From an uncultured Chloroflexia bacterium (GTDB taxonomy: Bacteria > Chloroflexota > Anaerolineae > CG2-30-64-16), in NCBI GenBank assembly GCA_963774265.1, contig CAVZDU010000001.1, positions 1,148,531-1,212,530 of the forward strand: 64,000 nucleotides of DNA, in the 5' to 3' direction. This document shows, piece after piece, positions 23,682 through 33,245 of this stretch (its first letter is position 1; every line of letters begins with the position of its first letter). The notes below the pieces were generated by a model. The model did not search any database and was not told the DNA's origin. It was given only the letters and a program-made list of their open reading frames with translations. The translations under genes and the position numbers were made by a program.

Positions 23682-24482
23682 TTACTCGTTGATTGACACC
23701 ATTACCAGCTCGAGGGGAAGCTTCTTACCGCTGGCCTTAAGCGCCTGCTGCGCGACGAAGACCAATCCTCGACAGCACGGCACCTCCATGTAGGCAACCT
23801 TCAGGCTGCGGATGTCGTTATTCGCCAGGATCTGCGTCAGTTTGCCGATATAGGCCTGCGCATCATCCAACTTCGGACACCCCACCGCGATCGCACAGTC
23901 ACGCATGAAGTCGGCGTGCATGTTCGGGTTGGCGAAAGGCACACAGTCGGCGATCAGCGTGAGATCAGCCTGTTGCAGGAAGGGGGCGTTGATCGGCATC
24001 AGGGTAAGTTGCACGGGCCACTGGCGCAGCTCAGATTTGACGCGCGCTTCGTCGCCACTCGCACGACTGGCGTGCGCTTCTCCTGCGGCCGGCTCGTCCC
24101 AGGCGGTCACCTGCATTGATGGACACATCGCAACGGGGGCGCGCTGCGGTTGTGCGGCCGGCGAGACACAGGAGGAGGTCATCCCGTGCGCTCGCAGATG
24201 TTCCAGATGGCGCTGCACCAGGTCGGGGGACTTCTGTTCGAGATAAGTGAGCACGCCGCCTTCGTCGTAAGAATCCACTTCGAGCTGCGTCACGGTGAGC
24301 GCGCCCTGCGGACAATCGCCCAGGCAAGCACCCAGGCCGTCGCAATAGCTTTCCTTTACCAGTCGGGCCTTGCCGTCGATGACCTGGAGTGCCCCTTCGA
24401 CACACGCAGGCACACAGTTGCCGCACCCGTCACACTTCTCTTCGTCGATGGTGATGATGTTTCGTACGGTCTTCATCTTCAT
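23682..24482 (-). CDS. 4Fe-4S dicluster protein with a C-terminal Cys-rich domain (FrdX-like, as found beside hcp/nitrosative-stress genes)
   Basis: CDGCGNCVPAC and CDGLGACLGDC ferredoxin motifs. C-terminal ADCVPFA...AVGCPKLD...MEVPCC. ATG 24482 overlaps the upstream stop (ATGA). Confidence 0.6.
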   Translation of the reverse strand: MKMKTVRNIITIDEEKCDGCGNCVPACVEGALQVIDGKARLVKESYCDGLGACLGDCPQGALTVTQLEVDSYDEGGVLTYLEQKSPDLVQRHLEHLRAHGMTSSCVSPAAQPQRAPVAMCPSMQVTAWDEPAAGEAHASRASGDEARVKSELRQWPVQLTLMPINAPFLQQADLTLIADCVPFANPNMHADFMRDCAIAVGCPKLDDAQAYIGKLTQILANNDIRSLKVAYMEVPCCRGLVFVAQQALKASGKKLPLELVMVSINE

Positions 24483-24718
24483 CCCGCCTTCGTTTTGGCG
24501 ATTACGTCGGCGCCAACGCATTGTTCAGCGTAGCGACACCACTGGATGCAGGATTGAAGGTTGTTGTAGACCACGAAACCGCACTTATCGCACGCGATCT
24601 TTTTGTCGATGGAGAATAGCTCTACATCGGACCCGCATTGGGGGCAGGTCTTGATGGTCAGGGTGATATCCCTTCGCAGGCTGCTCGAGCCGGGACAGAA
24701 GTGTTCAAGCATCGCCAT
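24479..24718 (-). CDS. Small zinc-ribbon protein (79 aa)
   Basis: MAMLEHFCPGSS...CPQCGSDVELF...CDKCGFVVYN...CIQWC. The longer ORF extension to 24949 overlaps the ferredoxin gene and looks spurious. Confidence 0.5.
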   Translation of the reverse strand: MAMLEHFCPGSSSLRRDITLTIKTCPQCGSDVELFSIDKKIACDKCGFVVYNNLQSCIQWCRYAEQCVGADVIAKTKAG

Positions 24719-24867
24719 ACTCTCCTTAGATACCGTCAGAACGATTGCTCGCCGGCTGAATTGCGGCGCGGTCGCCTGGCAAAATGTATCGCAATCAGAT
24801 CGGACTATTGTGCACATGCGATTGTCAGGGACTTTTATCGCACATGCCCGTTTCCGCGGTCGTGCCG

Positions 24868-25098
24868 TCAATCGTTCAAGTGGGTTGGTGCGCGGAGCAC
24901 CACCGCGTACGGAAGGTCGATCGCGCCTACGGGGCACGCTGGCTCGCACAGGCCGTCATACTCGCACAGTTCAGGCCGCGCAACGATTGCCTTACCTGCC
25001 TGAAGGGCCAGCGCACCGGCTTTGCACGCGGTCAGGCAATCCCCACAGCCGGTGCAGGCGGCGATGTCGATTTCGGGTAACACGGCATTGATTGACAT
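24868..25098 (-). CDS. Small 2x[4Fe-4S] ferredoxin
   Basis: CTGCGDCLTAC and CEYDGLCEPAC motifs. Start taken at MSINAV. Confidence 0.7.
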   Translation of the reverse strand: MSINAVLPEIDIAACTGCGDCLTACKAGALALQAGKAIVARPELCEYDGLCEPACPVGAIDLPYAVVLRAPTHLND

Positions 25099-25119
25099 AA
25101 AATATCTCCTGACGCGCAA

Positions 25120-25161
25120 CGCTCCGCTGCCATTCTTATGATAGCAGCGGAGCGGTCTTTT
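25120..25161. terminator. Strong hairpin between crp/fnr and the ferredoxin gene. The U-tract is on the plus strand only.
   Basis: CGCTCCGCTGC ... GCAGCGGAGCG followed by gTCTTTTGT. Confidence 0.35.
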
Positions 25162-25181
25162 GTATGGGACTTTTGTCGCTT

Positions 25182-25877
25182 TTACATACCGTCGCTTACC
25201 GCAGTCAGGGCTTCTCGATTCAGAATGACGATGCGATGGCGGTCAAAGTCGATCAAACCCTCATCGGCCAGCTCGCGCAGCGCGCGGCCGATCATCTCAC
25301 GGACAGTACCGAGCCGCGCAGCCATCTCGGCCTGCGTGACCATCTGGCTGCGGTCGAGCTCGCCAGCCTTGGTGGCGCGCTCGGCCTCATTCAGCAGCAG
25401 CCTGGCCAGGCGCGACTTCACTGATCGCAGCGACAGATCCTCCACCATGGCGACAAGGTGTCGCGCTCGTCGTGCGATACTCTCGATTAGCGCCCAGGCC
25501 AAGAGTGGATGCGCCTGGGTCAAGCGCTGCATCTCGCTGCGCGTGATCACCCACAACGATGCATCGGTGATCGCCGCGGCGCTGGCCGGATTTGGCCCTC
25601 CGTCGAGCACCGCTACATCGTTGAATGTGTCCCCCGGTCCCACGCGATGAAGGATTTGCTCCCGGCCCTGCGGTGACAGCTTGAAGATCTTCACCTCGCC
25701 GGTCCCGACGACGTACAGACCCGCGCATGCCTCCCCTTCCAGAAAAATCACCTGTCCACGGCTGAACCGGCGCTCTACGCACGCGGCCGCCAGCGCCGCC
25801 AGCACAGGCTCGGGCAGGCCAGCGAAGTACGGCACGCGGCGCAAGAAGGCGGGCTCGGGGAATGCTAGCTGGCTCAT
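25182..25877 (-). CDS. Crp/Fnr-family transcriptional regulator
   Basis: cNMP-binding beta-barrel (GQVIFLEGEACAGLYVVGTGEVKIFK) plus C-terminal HTH (TQAEMAARLGTVREMIGRALREL). No N-terminal Fnr Cys cluster. Confidence 0.85.
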   Translation of the reverse strand: MSQLAFPEPAFLRRVPYFAGLPEPVLAALAAACVERRFSRGQVIFLEGEACAGLYVVGTGEVKIFKLSPQGREQILHRVGPGDTFNDVAVLDGGPNPASAAAITDASLWVITRSEMQRLTQAHPLLAWALIESIARRARHLVAMVEDLSLRSVKSRLARLLLNEAERATKAGELDRSQMVTQAEMAARLGTVREMIGRALRELADEGLIDFDRHRIVILNREALTAVSDGM

Positions 25878-28030
25878 GACGATAAGATGGCTCGCACATC
25901 CACCGCCACGGCCCCCTGGCCGGCGGGGAGAACCAGTAGTGGGTTCACGTCCAGTTCGCTGATCTCTTCGTGTTCCGCAGCCAGCCGGCTGATGCGGATA
26001 ATGGCGTCCACGAGAGCAGGACGATCCGCCGGGGGCGCGCCGCGCAACCCATTCAGCAACCTAGCCGACCGGATCTCGTCAATCATCTCCTCGGCATCCG
26101 GGCGAGTCAAGGGCGCGAGGCGGAAACTCACGTCGGCCAGCGCCTCGACATAGATGCCGCCCAACCCGAACATCACCAGCGGTCCATAGGTCGGGTCGCG
26201 CTTGATGCCGACGATTACCTGTTGACCTCCCTGTATCATCTCCTGCACCTGGATCCCGCGCACCTGCGCGCCGGGGTGCGCGGCCTTTGCACGGGTCAGG
26301 ATCGTCTTGAATCCCGACCTGACAGCGTCCGCGTCGGTCACACCCACGATCACCCCCCCGATGTCAGACTTATGAAGGATGTCTGGGCTCATGATCTTGA
26401 GCACAACAGGGTAGCCAATCTCCTCTGCGAACCTGACTGCGTCGCTTGGATCGCGCGTTAGGAATTCCTGCGGAGTGCGTATGCCGTAGGCGTCCAGCAG
26501 ATCCCGGCATGCCGCGGCATCCAACGCTCGGCGTCCGGCTGCATGCGCCAACATCAAGACGTCTTGGACCTTGCGCCGACCTCTGGCGGCAAGCAGACGC
26601 TCCGCCTTGCTCCCAACCTCTCGGGCGGCGCCTTCAGCGAGGCGATTCTCGAACTGCTTCCGCTGCCATAGCGCGCCAAACACCCGCACTGCATCCTCCG
26701 GAAACGTGTAGGCCGGGAGTTGCAGCCGATGTGCGGTTGCCGACGCCTCGTCCAGGCTGATGTCACCCATCAAACAAAGGACGACGGGTTTGACCTGGCC
26801 GCCCTGAGCCGCGGCTGCGGCGCCGAATGCCTCGACCACGGCCACGGGGTTAATCAGCACTTGGGGCACGAGAACCGCGAGTACTCCGTCGCAGTTTGGA
26901 TCCGCCAGCGCCGCGTCCATCGCGAGCCGGTAAGTTTTTTCGTCTGCGCCGCCCAGCAGATCGATGGGCCCACCGAGCTGCGCGTCCGGGGCCAGCTTCG
27001 GGCGCAGCATCGCTTGTGTCTCAGCGGTTGTGCGCGCCAGGAGGAGACCTGCTGCCTCCAACGCGTCTGCCGCCAGGGCTGCGGGCCCGCCCGCGTTCGT
27101 CACGATGGTGATCCGGTTGCCGCGCGGCAGTGGTTGGTACGCGAGGGCCAGCGCAGCGTCGAACAATGCCTGCACACTTTCCACTTCAAGCACGCCCGCT
27201 TGCTTACACGCCGCGCTGAACGGGGCGTGGACGCCTGCCAGCGCGCCCGTGTGTGAAGCGGTCGCGGCCTGCCCGCTGCCGGTGCGTCCGCTCTTGAGGA
27301 TAACGACCGGCTTTCGAGCAGCCGCGTCCCGCAGCTCACGGGCAAATGCCGGTCCGCCTTTGACATCCTCCAGATAAAGCGTGATGACCTTGGTGGCGTC
27401 ATCCGCGGCCAGGAAGGGGATCACATCCGTCTCGTTGACGTCGGCCTCGTTGCCTACACTCAGGAAACGACTGAAGCCGATGCCGCGGCCGACGGTCCAG
27501 TCGATGATGCCCCCGCACAACGCGCCCGATTGCGAAAGGAACGCGATGCTGCCCTTCGGCGGCATGCCCTTGACGAAGGTGGTGTTGAGTGGCGTGTGGG
27601 TGTCGATAACGCCGATGCCATTCGGTCCCATGATGCGCATGCCAAATCGTTGCGCAACGGCAACCATTTCGCGTTCACGCTCGATCCCCTCCGGTCCGAC
27701 CTCCCGAAAGCCGCCAGAGATGACAATCGCAGCCTTGACCCCGCGCCGACCGCACGCCTCGATGGCCCCCACGACGGCTGTCGCGGGGATAATCAGCACG
27801 GCCAGCTCGACCGGGTCGGGCACGGAGCCGATGTCCGGGTAGCAGCGCAACCCGAGGATCTCGTCGGCCTTCGGGTTGATGGGATAGATCGGCCCTCTAT
27901 AACCCCGCTCCGGGTCCACCAGGTTGCGGACCACTCCGTAACTCAGCTTAGAGGGATCGCGGCTGGCGCCAATCACTGCGACGCCATCGGGCGTGAAGAA
28001 GGGTTGGAGGGAGGTCGAACGCTCGTTCAT
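25874..28030 (-). CDS. ADP-forming acetyl-CoA synthetase / acetate-CoA ligase (fused alpha-beta, CoA-binding plus ATP-grasp)
   Basis: 718 aa, intact. GVAVIGASRDPSKLSYGV..., SQSGALCGGIIDW, C-terminal ATP-grasp VVLKIMSPDILHKSDIGGV. Confidence 0.85.
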   Translation of the reverse strand: MNERSTSLQPFFTPDGVAVIGASRDPSKLSYGVVRNLVDPERGYRGPIYPINPKADEILGLRCYPDIGSVPDPVELAVLIIPATAVVGAIEACGRRGVKAAIVISGGFREVGPEGIEREREMVAVAQRFGMRIMGPNGIGVIDTHTPLNTTFVKGMPPKGSIAFLSQSGALCGGIIDWTVGRGIGFSRFLSVGNEADVNETDVIPFLAADDATKVITLYLEDVKGGPAFARELRDAAARKPVVILKSGRTGSGQAATASHTGALAGVHAPFSAACKQAGVLEVESVQALFDAALALAYQPLPRGNRITIVTNAGGPAALAADALEAAGLLLARTTAETQAMLRPKLAPDAQLGGPIDLLGGADEKTYRLAMDAALADPNCDGVLAVLVPQVLINPVAVVEAFGAAAAAQGGQVKPVVLCLMGDISLDEASATAHRLQLPAYTFPEDAVRVFGALWQRKQFENRLAEGAAREVGSKAERLLAARGRRKVQDVLMLAHAAGRRALDAAACRDLLDAYGIRTPQEFLTRDPSDAVRFAEEIGYPVVLKIMSPDILHKSDIGGVIVGVTDADAVRSGFKTILTRAKAAHPGAQVRGIQVQEMIQGGQQVIVGIKRDPTYGPLVMFGLGGIYVEALADVSFRLAPLTRPDAEEMIDEIRSARLLNGLRGAPPADRPALVDAIIRISRLAAEHEEISELDVNPLLVLPAGQGAVAVDVRAILSS

Positions 28031-28791
28031 CGCCGAGCCTTCCAGGCATGTAGCACCCTCAATGTTGCATCCGGCACGTCGGTGATAATGGCTTCAACGC
28101 CTAGATCGGCCAGGCGGCGTATGTCCTCTTCTTCGTTCACGGTCCACACTCGCACTGGCATTTTGCGCCGCCGTGCCGCGGCCATGTAGCGGGCGTCAAT
28201 CATATCCTTCTCTGGGTGCAGGCCCTCAGCCTTGGAGTACTGCAGGGTTACCCCCCATCTCGTCCAGGCTGACGTGTCTGCGGCCAGAAGCAGCGCGTGC
28301 TCGATCTCTGGCCCCGCCTGCTTCGAGCGGCGCAACGCAAAAGGATTGAACGAACTGATAACCACATCGTTGACCATTCCGTGGAACCGGACGGCCTTCA
28401 CGACATCTACGCCCAGCACCGCTCCCGTGATGTCCAGCGACTTCAATTCGATGTTCACGAGCAGTTTGCCCCTGGCCAGGTCGAGCACCTCATCGAGGGT
28501 GGGGATGAGCGTGCCCTGGAATTCTGGGCTAAAGTGCGAGCCGGCGTCGAGTTGGCGCAACGCGTCAAAGGGGTGGCTCGTGACCCGACCCTTCCCACTG
28601 GATGTCTTCTCCAGGTTCAGGTCGTGGAAGATGACCAGCTTGCCGTCCGAGCTGAACTGCACGTCGAGCTCGATGCCATCGGCACCAAGGCGTATTGCGG
28701 CCTCGAACGCAGGCAGGGTGTTTTCGGGCGCGACGCGTTTTGCACCACGATGCGCGAAGACGAGGGGGCGGTTTGTGACAGTACGTTTCAT
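28027..28791 (-). CDS. Glycerophosphodiester phosphodiesterase (GDPD family)
   Basis: VFAHRGAKRVAPENTLPAFEAAIRLGADGIELDVQ... Confidence 0.85.
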   Translation of the reverse strand: MKRTVTNRPLVFAHRGAKRVAPENTLPAFEAAIRLGADGIELDVQFSSDGKLVIFHDLNLEKTSSGKGRVTSHPFDALRQLDAGSHFSPEFQGTLIPTLDEVLDLARGKLLVNIELKSLDITGAVLGVDVVKAVRFHGMVNDVVISSFNPFALRRSKQAGPEIEHALLLAADTSAWTRWGVTLQYSKAEGLHPEKDMIDARYMAAARRRKMPVRVWTVNEEEDIRRLADLGVEAIITDVPDATLRVLHAWKARR

Positions 28792-28815
28792 CCTGACCTC
28801 ATTGTCCGAAATGGG

Positions 28816-29575
28816 TTATCGTGTCCTGCGGGCCAACTCCACCAGTTTTTGGCCATCCCATAGCTCGATCGGCTTTCCCGCGGCCCATTCACGAGCTTTG
28901 CGCGAAATCGCGCCGGTGGTGGCGAGCCATCCGCGGTCGCCCCGTTCGTGAATCAAGGTCCCGTAGAGCTCGCGCACCACGGGTTCCCCCACGGTGCCCC
29001 GATACCGTTTGCACTGCACCAGTCCCGTGTTGACGGGCGGACGAGAAACCTCGATATCAACGCCGTGGTCGCCGCTGTAGGACGTGTTATGGATGCGGTA
29101 TCCGTTCAACTGGAACATCATCCCGATCCACGTCTCGAACTCGGCAGGGTCCAGCGCCAGCATCTGGGCGAGGCTTTGCACGCGGCCAAAACGTTTGCGG
29201 AGAGCCGAGCGGCTGGCGTCCCGCTGGGCAAGCCACACTGGCCCAACCAGAGCCAGCATATGTAGCGCCGCGGCCGCCGGGGCCACCCAAATGGGCAGCC
29301 AACTGGTCCACCAGCCCTGGCCGATGCGCAGCGCGATTACCGCGGGCCAAATAAGGATCCACGAGCGCGCCCCCGATCAGCCAGGCCCACGGCGTTTCAC
29401 CTGGCTCGACCATGTCGGCTGTCGAGGCTCCGCGTTCCAACGCGGCCAAAACGCCGCGTCGCGCCAACTCTGAGCGGGCACGTGCGACCTCTTCCGCCGA
29501 GGGCATCCAGTCCGGCTCACCGGCCGATTGTCCGTCTTCCATCGGCGCCAGGGTTGCATGAAATTCCATCAGCAC
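28816..29575 (-). CDS. Membrane-anchored restriction-endonuclease-like (Mrr_cat) protein, with one frame break at ~29365
   Basis: C-terminal GDHGVDIEV...VQCKRY...VGEPVVRELYGTL (Mrr catalytic-core pattern). Two TM helices (PWAWLIGGAL.WILIWPAVIALRI and WLPIWVAPAAAALHMLALVGPVWLA) are reconstructed across ORFs 29087..29575 and 28816..29286. Confidence 0.6.
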
Positions 29576-29606
29576 GGACAGTTCCTTTGCTTCCTGATGT
29601 TTCGGG

Positions 29607-31119
29607 TCATCGGATGTATCTCGTCACGATCACCCGCACAAACTCGGTGCGATCCGCTGGCGTGGCGTTGGCCTCCAGCCATTGACTTGTCAGGTTGCGT
29701 TCGTCCCACATGGGAACCTCGGACGAGATCAGCCACACGGTCTTCGCTCCCCCGACCCTCGTGGCCATCCACGCATCCGCCTCGGCCTCGGTCATGCCGT
29801 TGTTTGTATACGGCCCCTCGACCCCTGTCCAAGCGGGATCCTCAGGATCGGCGCGGCCGCTGGCATAATAGGAGAAGGTGTATCGGTTGTATGGGATCTG
29901 ATATAGGACCGCGTCGCCGGGCTGATGTGACGCTCGCACATAAGCTGCGGCGGCCCGAAAATCGGACTTGATCGGTTGACTGGCTTGAAGATACATGCTC
30001 CAGCCGTTGAGCGCAAATATTACCAGCCGCGACAGCTATTCCCGCCGGCCGCCACGTTCGGCCTAGCGCCACCACTCCACATGCCAGCAGCGCGCAATAT
30101 GCCGGTAGGGTCCAGATCAGGTAGCGGTCGGTGAAGATGGGCATGCCGACCGACACCACGTAGATCAAGAGAGGCGGCGCCAGCAGCCACACCCCGAGGA
30201 GGAGCGTGACCCCGCGTCGTGCGGTCAGGCGTGAGTCCGTGCGCCATCGAATCTGGGGTTCACCGCTGCCCAGCTCCGCCGCGCGGTACCTGTTGTGGAT
30301 CGGCCATAGGGCGACGCCGGCGACCAGCGCGACCATATATGGCAGCAACGAAACCGGCGGAACGCCCAGCACGCCACGGCTGAACGCGCCGGACAGGATC
30401 CGAAAGATGTTGTCCAAGGATACGAAGGGGTGACCAGTTTGGTATGTCGACGTCCAGAGCGGAGGAATCCACCTCAGGAATGGCACGTAGGGCAGTCCTA
30501 ACACCAGCAGATAGAGGACCACGCCGAGCACACGCCGGCGCGGCGTGGTCCAGGGCAAGAAGAGCAGCCATAGGATTTGGACCGGTACGATGAGCGCCGC
30601 GAGCAGGTGCGTATAGAAGGCGAGGCTGGTCAATACATATAGCGCCACCCAGGGGTACCACCCGCCTCGCCGCGCCACCGCGACGATGGCCAGCAGTGAC
30701 GCGGGCACCAGCACGGTCAAGAGCGCGTACATCTTGGCTTCCTGCCCGTACCATACGCCATAAGGCACGGTCGCGACGAGGAGTGCGGTCAAGAGGGCCA
30801 CGCGGCGGTCTGCCAGGCGAGCCAGCAGGACGTAGACCAGGGGGACCGAGAGCGCACCAGCCAGGGCCGCAGGAAACCGCAGGCTGAACTCGCTGTGTCC
30901 TGCGGCAGCCAACCAGGGTCGCAGCGCCAGGAAAAAGAGGGGTCCGTTTTGCCCCGGTTGGCGAAACATATCGAGCAGTTGAGGCAGAGGCCGCGTTGCG
31001 AAGAGGAGGGCGTCGACTTCATCGCGCCACAGGCTCTGCGATAGGAGCGTCAGGACGCGAAGCGCAAACGCCAGTAAGGTGATGGCAGGGATGGCGATCC
31101 GGGCGGCGAGGCCAGACAT
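29607..31119 (-). CDS. Glycosyltransferase family 39 (PMT/ArnT-like), with one frame break at ~30020
   Basis: LWRDEVDALLFA..., about 10 TM helices (ORF 29842..31119), plus a soluble C-terminal domain in ORF 29607..29996. Confidence 0.75.
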
Positions 31120-31125
31120 ATGGCT

Positions 31126-31680
31126 TTACAGCCGGCCGCTCCGGCGTAGGAGCAGGATGACGGTCGCTGCGCCGCCGATCAGCAGGGTGACCCCACATAT
31201 CAGCCAAATGAGGTTGAGTAGCGCCAGCCCTGCCCGCAGTCCGGGATCATTGTCTACGACGACGGTCGGCGTGGGCTCCGGCACGCTTCCAGGATTTGTG
31301 ATCACGGGCTGGGCCAGGGGCAGCGATTCGAGATCGCTTGGGTTAACGATCGTCGGCGCGGGCAAAAACCCGGACACCGTCGGCGTCGGCAAGATGTCAG
31401 TCGGCAAAGGCACAGCAGTGGGCGGTTCGAGCGAGGGGAAGGGCTCGGCCGTTGCGTCAGGCTGGGGCGCGGCGATGGTGGGCACGAAACTCACGGTTGG
31501 TTCGGGAGACCGGGTCGGCACGGCAGGCGCGGTTGGCGATGCCGCGACCGGTGTGGGCATGATGGGGGAAGACTGGAACGTCGTGCGCGCACTGACGCCG
31601 AAAGACAACATCAGCGTGAGGATGGCCGCGGCCACCATGACGGCGATGAAAGACAGGACCGATTGAGTATGACTGCGCAA
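31126..31680 (-). CDS. Membrane-anchored Pro/Thr-rich protein of unknown function
   Basis: 184 aa with N- and C-terminal TM helices flanking a PT-rich low-complexity core. Lies 6 nt upstream of the GT39 gene. Confidence 0.5.
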   Translation of the reverse strand: MRSHTQSVLSFIAVMVAAAILTLMLSFGVSARTTFQSSPIMPTPVAASPTAPAVPTRSPEPTVSFVPTIAAPQPDATAEPFPSLEPPTAVPLPTDILPTPTVSGFLPAPTIVNPSDLESLPLAQPVITNPGSVPEPTPTVVVDNDPGLRAGLALLNLIWLICGVTLLIGGAATVILLLRRSGRL

Positions 31681-31793
31681 GGTATAGAATCAGCCTTTTC
31701 GATCAAAATTCAGGCACGGATTATAGCACGCCTGCGCTCGACAGCCAACGTGCACGGCCCTTAGCAATGGTGTATGCCGTTATGGAGTCGAAG

Positions 31794-33141
31794 TTAGTGT
31801 ATCGCTTTCGGTTGGAAGTGTGTGTTGAACTTGCGCATGGCAGGTAGGATGAACTTGCGATCCACCTCCTGTGCGATCATGGCCAAGACGCCAGCATCGG
31901 AATGGTAGGCGTTGGCGCTCCGAATGCGGCGGCGCAGGCAGCGATTGAAGCGTTCGAGCCGGCTGGTTGTGCGGAGAAAGCTGCGGCGCCAGGTGGGATG
32001 GCGTTCTTGCAGGAGGAAGTAAGCCACGGTGGCGCGGAAGTTGCGCCGGAGCGTGGCCACAGCATCGGGTTGGGTGTTGCGATATTTCTGCAGCACCTTG
32101 AGGGCGCGGCGCAAGACGGTGGCACGCTGTTTGGCCTGAAAGATGGCGACGAAATCGCGGTAGATCGCCCGGCGCTGGCGGCGCCGTTCAGCTGCGGGCA
32201 AATCGTCGGCGATGCGAATGGCTTGCCAGATGTTGCGGAGCTTATGGAAGAGGCAGCGTTGCTCGATGGCGTCAAAGTGGATGGTGGTGAGTGCGGCGCA
32301 TAGACCACTGCCGCCATCATGAATGATCAATTCCAGGCCCAGTTCGCCGCGCAAGCCTTGGGCTTCCAGTTCACTGAGAAAGGCGAGCCAGCTTTCGGCA
32401 TCCTCGCTGTCGGCCAGCCGCCAGGCCAAGATCCTCCTGGCGGCCGGTTTCCGGCCAGACGCCTAACGCAATCAGGAGGCAGCGCTTCCGGCGGCCCTTG
32501 ACGGCGCGCTTGCGGCCCTTGCGGTCGGTGCGCCACTGCCCGGTCGCACACAGTTGCGTGAACCAGATGGCATCGAACTGCACGATCGGCGGCGTGGGCC
32601 GCTCATCGGCGCCCGGGGTGAGCTGCTGGAGTTGGTGTAAGCGCTGGAGCAGGGTGCGTTGGCCCAACACGCCCATATAGCTATGCGCCAGTTCGCCCTG
32701 CATCTCGCGCAGGCTGATACTCAGGGCGCCCCAGCGTTGAATTTGAGCGTCGACATCGCTGCCAATGCGCTGGTAGGGCGCTAGCCAATCATCCAGATCG
32801 AGGGTGATGCTGCCGCCGCACTCACAGACGAAGCGGGGCCAGCGCAGCGGCACTTCGCCCCAGCGGGTCAGCAAATGGCGCGGCCGGCTGCCGTTGCGAC
32901 TGAACCGCTGGCTCTGCACGGTGTGGCACTTGGGGCACGCACGGGTCTGTTCCAGACTGTTGGCCACGTGGCCCCGCCGCACGTAGGGCGCCCGGCCCAA
33001 GACGTATTCGGCCGCGGCGTACAAACGCTCGCCGATTCCGTGCCCGATTTGGTTGAGCAGGTGGTGATGAGCCTCTGCAATGGCCCCTTCGATCAAAGCA
33101 TGGCCGTTGACTTGCCGGCATTCCGGGAGTACGCTGCGCAT
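31794..33141 (-). CDS. IS256-family transposase, with one frame break at ~32430
   Basis: ORFs 32371..33141 and 31794..32429. LIIHDGGSGLCAAL...EQRCLFHKLRNI...TTSRLERFNRCLRRR matches the mutator-type transposase pattern. Confidence 0.8.
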
Positions 33142-33232
33142 CGGGGTGGTCTCCTGGCGTGGTATTGATGTTGTAACCTGACCTTACCAGGTTTCCACCC
33201 TCAGACGAATTTCAACCGATCGGGATACACTA
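31795..33232 (-). mobile_element. IS256-family (mutator-type) insertion sequence, ~1.44 kb
   Basis: Terminal inverted repeats TAGTGTATCgCtttCGGTTGgAA (31795..) versus the reverse complement of ..33232, TAGTGTATCcCgatCGGTTGaAA. No clean target duplication seen. Confidence 0.7.
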
Positions 33233-33245
33233 CCGAATTCGCGCT
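33227..33245 (+). repeat. 19-bp direct repeat, left copy (putative target-site duplication)
   Basis: ACACTACCGAATTCGCGCT, identical to 34941..34959. Confidence 0.85.

Noticed and set aside
24719-24949. N-terminal 77-aa extension of ORF 24479-24949
   Set aside because: The extension is Arg-rich, overlaps the 3' end of the ferredoxin gene and runs through an intergenic region. The internal start at 24718 gives a compact zinc-ribbon protein.
25085-25102. FNR-like half-palindrome TTGATTGACATAAA near the ferredoxin gene
   Set aside because: It overlaps the ferredoxin start codon itself (MSIN on the minus strand) and the second half-site is imperfect. That position is incompatible with a class II activator site.
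33227-33245. The 19-bp repeat as part of an inverted repeat of either IS
   Set aside because: The two copies are in direct orientation. The left copy straddles the IS256-like end and host DNA, so it cannot be a terminal inverted repeat. It is interpreted as a target duplication, or less likely a recombination scar.
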